DNA of 64,000 nt from Eubacteriales bacterium (GTDB lineage: Bacteria > Bacillota > Clostridia > Oscillospirales > CAG-382). The notes under the pieces are model-generated. The model was not told where the DNA came from and ran no database searches. It worked only from the letters and a program-made list of their open reading frames with translations. Positions 62,680 through 64,000 of the stretch are shown here, one piece after another (within the stretch, counting starts at the first letter, position 1; each line of letters begins with the position of its first letter). Location: positions 1,664-65,663 of the forward strand of contig JAZSRP010000036.1 of the NCBI GenBank assembly GCA_045538555.1, read 5' to 3'. Both the position numbers and the translations under genes were made by a program.

Positions 62680-64000
62680 ATGGGATTTAACACCGCACAC
62701 AAAACAAAGCATATCTCGTTCACAGCATTTCTGTTGTGTTTTTGTCTGCTTTTCTCCTCCGTTTTTCAAGCAAGCGCGGCAATAATCACATCGGTTTCGG
62801 GCTTTACCCGTGAAGATCAGATGGTGCCCGTATATGCATACTCCGACTACAAGGTTACGCTGAAAAACGCAAATTTTGTAAAAAAACACGCCGATGACGG
62901 AAAAATGCTCACTGACCGTATCTACACCACCGCCATCAGAGAAGATCCCGACGACCCGATCCCCGGCTGGGTGATGGCAGAATCGTACGACGGAAAAACC
63001 GATTTTCGTATGACAGTGACCCTTGATCTTGGATTTTCCGCAAAGGGCGTGTGCCACTTTTTTGCACGATGTTTCAGCGCAACAGATATTTGCGGTGAAA
63101 TGCCGGACAAATTGAGATTTTTTATTTCTGCGGACGGTGAAGAATACACCTACGTGGGACAGGGCAGCACCACAACCGACATATCAGTCTCTTACTCTGC
63201 CGCCGTTTATCGTCTCACCACAAAAAAGGAATACGAGGCAAGGTACGTCAGGTTTGTTTTTGATTGCAAGGGCGGCACAAAGCTCATCGTAAACGAGACG
63301 GGAGCAGCCGCAAGCGGAAACGCTTTTTTTGCCAACTGCACCGATACAGGAGATCTCTTTGACTCACAGGGGTTGATATACAAGGTCTCAAAAAACTCTG
63401 CTTCTATTTGCGGCGTGATGCCCGTACGCAGCCAATCCAACGGCGGGATCGTTCCAAGCGGCGCGTCCTTTGACACAGACGGTATCACCTATACACTGGG
63501 TCAAGGAAGCGAAAACCCGGTGGAGGTTATTTGCGATTTTATTGACACCGACCGAATCAATTACTCCGGTGTTCCAAATCAAATAAAATACATTGTCATT
63601 CACAACACAGGCACAACAGAGGAAGAAACCGACGCCGCACGGTACAATCTGCGGATGCACCGCACCGAAAACGAGACCAGCTGGCACTATACGGTGGATG
63701 ACGGCATCATATACCACTCCCTGCCGGACTCTGTGGTGGGATGGCATGCAGGGTCCTTTTACAACTACCGGAGCATAGGCATCGAGATCTGCACCAACGG
63801 CGCACCCACAAGCTCAGGCGGCAATCCCGTTTTTTCGGGCACGAAATATGAAAAATGGGTGAAAGAACGGTTTGACTTCACATTGAAAAACACCGCCATG
63901 CTGACCGCAGAGCTTTTGACGCGGTACGGGCTGGGCACAGACGCAGTGATCCAACACTATGACGGTACCGAAAAAAACTGCCCACTCTGGCTGAGAAGCA
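62680..64000 (+). CDS. Secreted N-acetylmuramoyl-L-alanine amidase (Amidase_2) with N-terminal discoidin-like module (partial, runs off window end)
   Basis: Not in the ORF track. GGAGG RBS, signal peptide (FLLCFCLLFSSVFQASA), LTD..W..DLG..ARYVRF module, then YIVIHNTG, SWHYTVDD, WHAG, SIGIEIC, QHYD...KNCP in one open frame. Confidence 0.88.
   Translation, partial: MGFNTAHKTKHISFTAFLLCFCLLFSSVFQASAAIITSVSGFTREDQMVPVYAYSDYKVTLKNANFVKKHADDGKMLTDRIYTTAIREDPDDPIPGWVMAESYDGKTDFRMTVTLDLGFSAKGVCHFFARCFSATDICGEMPDKLRFFISADGEEYTYVGQGSTTTDISVSYSAAVYRLTTKKEYEARYVRFVFDCKGGTKLIVNETGAAASGNAFFANCTDTGDLFDSQGLIYKVSKNSASICGVMPVRSQSNGGIVPSGASFDTDGITYTLGQGSENPVEVICDFIDTDRINYSGVPNQIKYIVIHNTGTTEEETDAARYNLRMHRTENETSWHYTVDDGIIYHSLPDSVVGWHAGSFYNYRSIGIEICTNGAPTSSGGNPVFSGTKYEKWVKERFDFTLKNTAMLTAELLTRYGLGTDAVIQHYDGTEKNCPLWLRS

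Noticed and set aside
62680-64000. Prophage endolysin
   Set aside because: It has a Sec signal peptide and a host-type promoter, with no holin or phage genes in view.
1-64000. CRISPR arrays, tRNA/rRNA genes, IS elements, recoded stop codons, frameshifted pseudogenes
   Set aside because: None seen by eye. All conserved genes are full length in the standard code, and the intergenic spaces show no repeat-spacer or cloverleaf patterns.

Overview
This is a 64-kb core-chromosome window from a spore-forming Clostridia-class Firmicute; the class is inferred from rpsD inside the alpha operon, the KOW gene between map and infA, and spoIIAA-spoIIAB-sigF. It uses the standard genetic code. About 15.5 kb (10194-25550, minus strand) is the complete S10-spc-alpha ribosomal superoperon with its structured rpsJ leader. 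The rest is mostly housekeeping and carbohydrate or nucleoside metabolism: a Gfo/Idh/MocA-TIM barrel-nagA operon, a G5/M23 peptidase, ilvE-DUF3810-DUF4855, TSCPD-pgm-GH38 mannosidase, a fused ABC exporter, a Na/Pi cotransporter, xpt plus a BMP nucleoside ABC importer, the spoIIA operon, yceD-rpmF and DUF512-der-plsY-rarA, trmK, apgM, yfhO-ilvBN-deoC-cdd-pdp, and a partial secreted amidase. I saw no tRNA, rRNA, CRISPR array, IS, integrase or prophage. The strongest unexplained items are: (1) a self-contained PqqD/RRE + anchor-less Ser-His S26 peptidase + SLOG operon with no precursor peptide and an inverted repeat bracketing its -35 box; (2) tandem NrdR-like boxes, with no purine riboswitch, upstream of xpt and the nucleoside importer; (3) an apparent CTG start codon on infA; (4) a hairpin-rich ~145-nt leader on the Na/Pi transporter; (5) a divergent ilvBN apparently co-transcribed with deoC-cdd-pdp. 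All family calls come from motif recognition by eye, not database searches, and some start codons were adjusted from the ORF track using RBS position.
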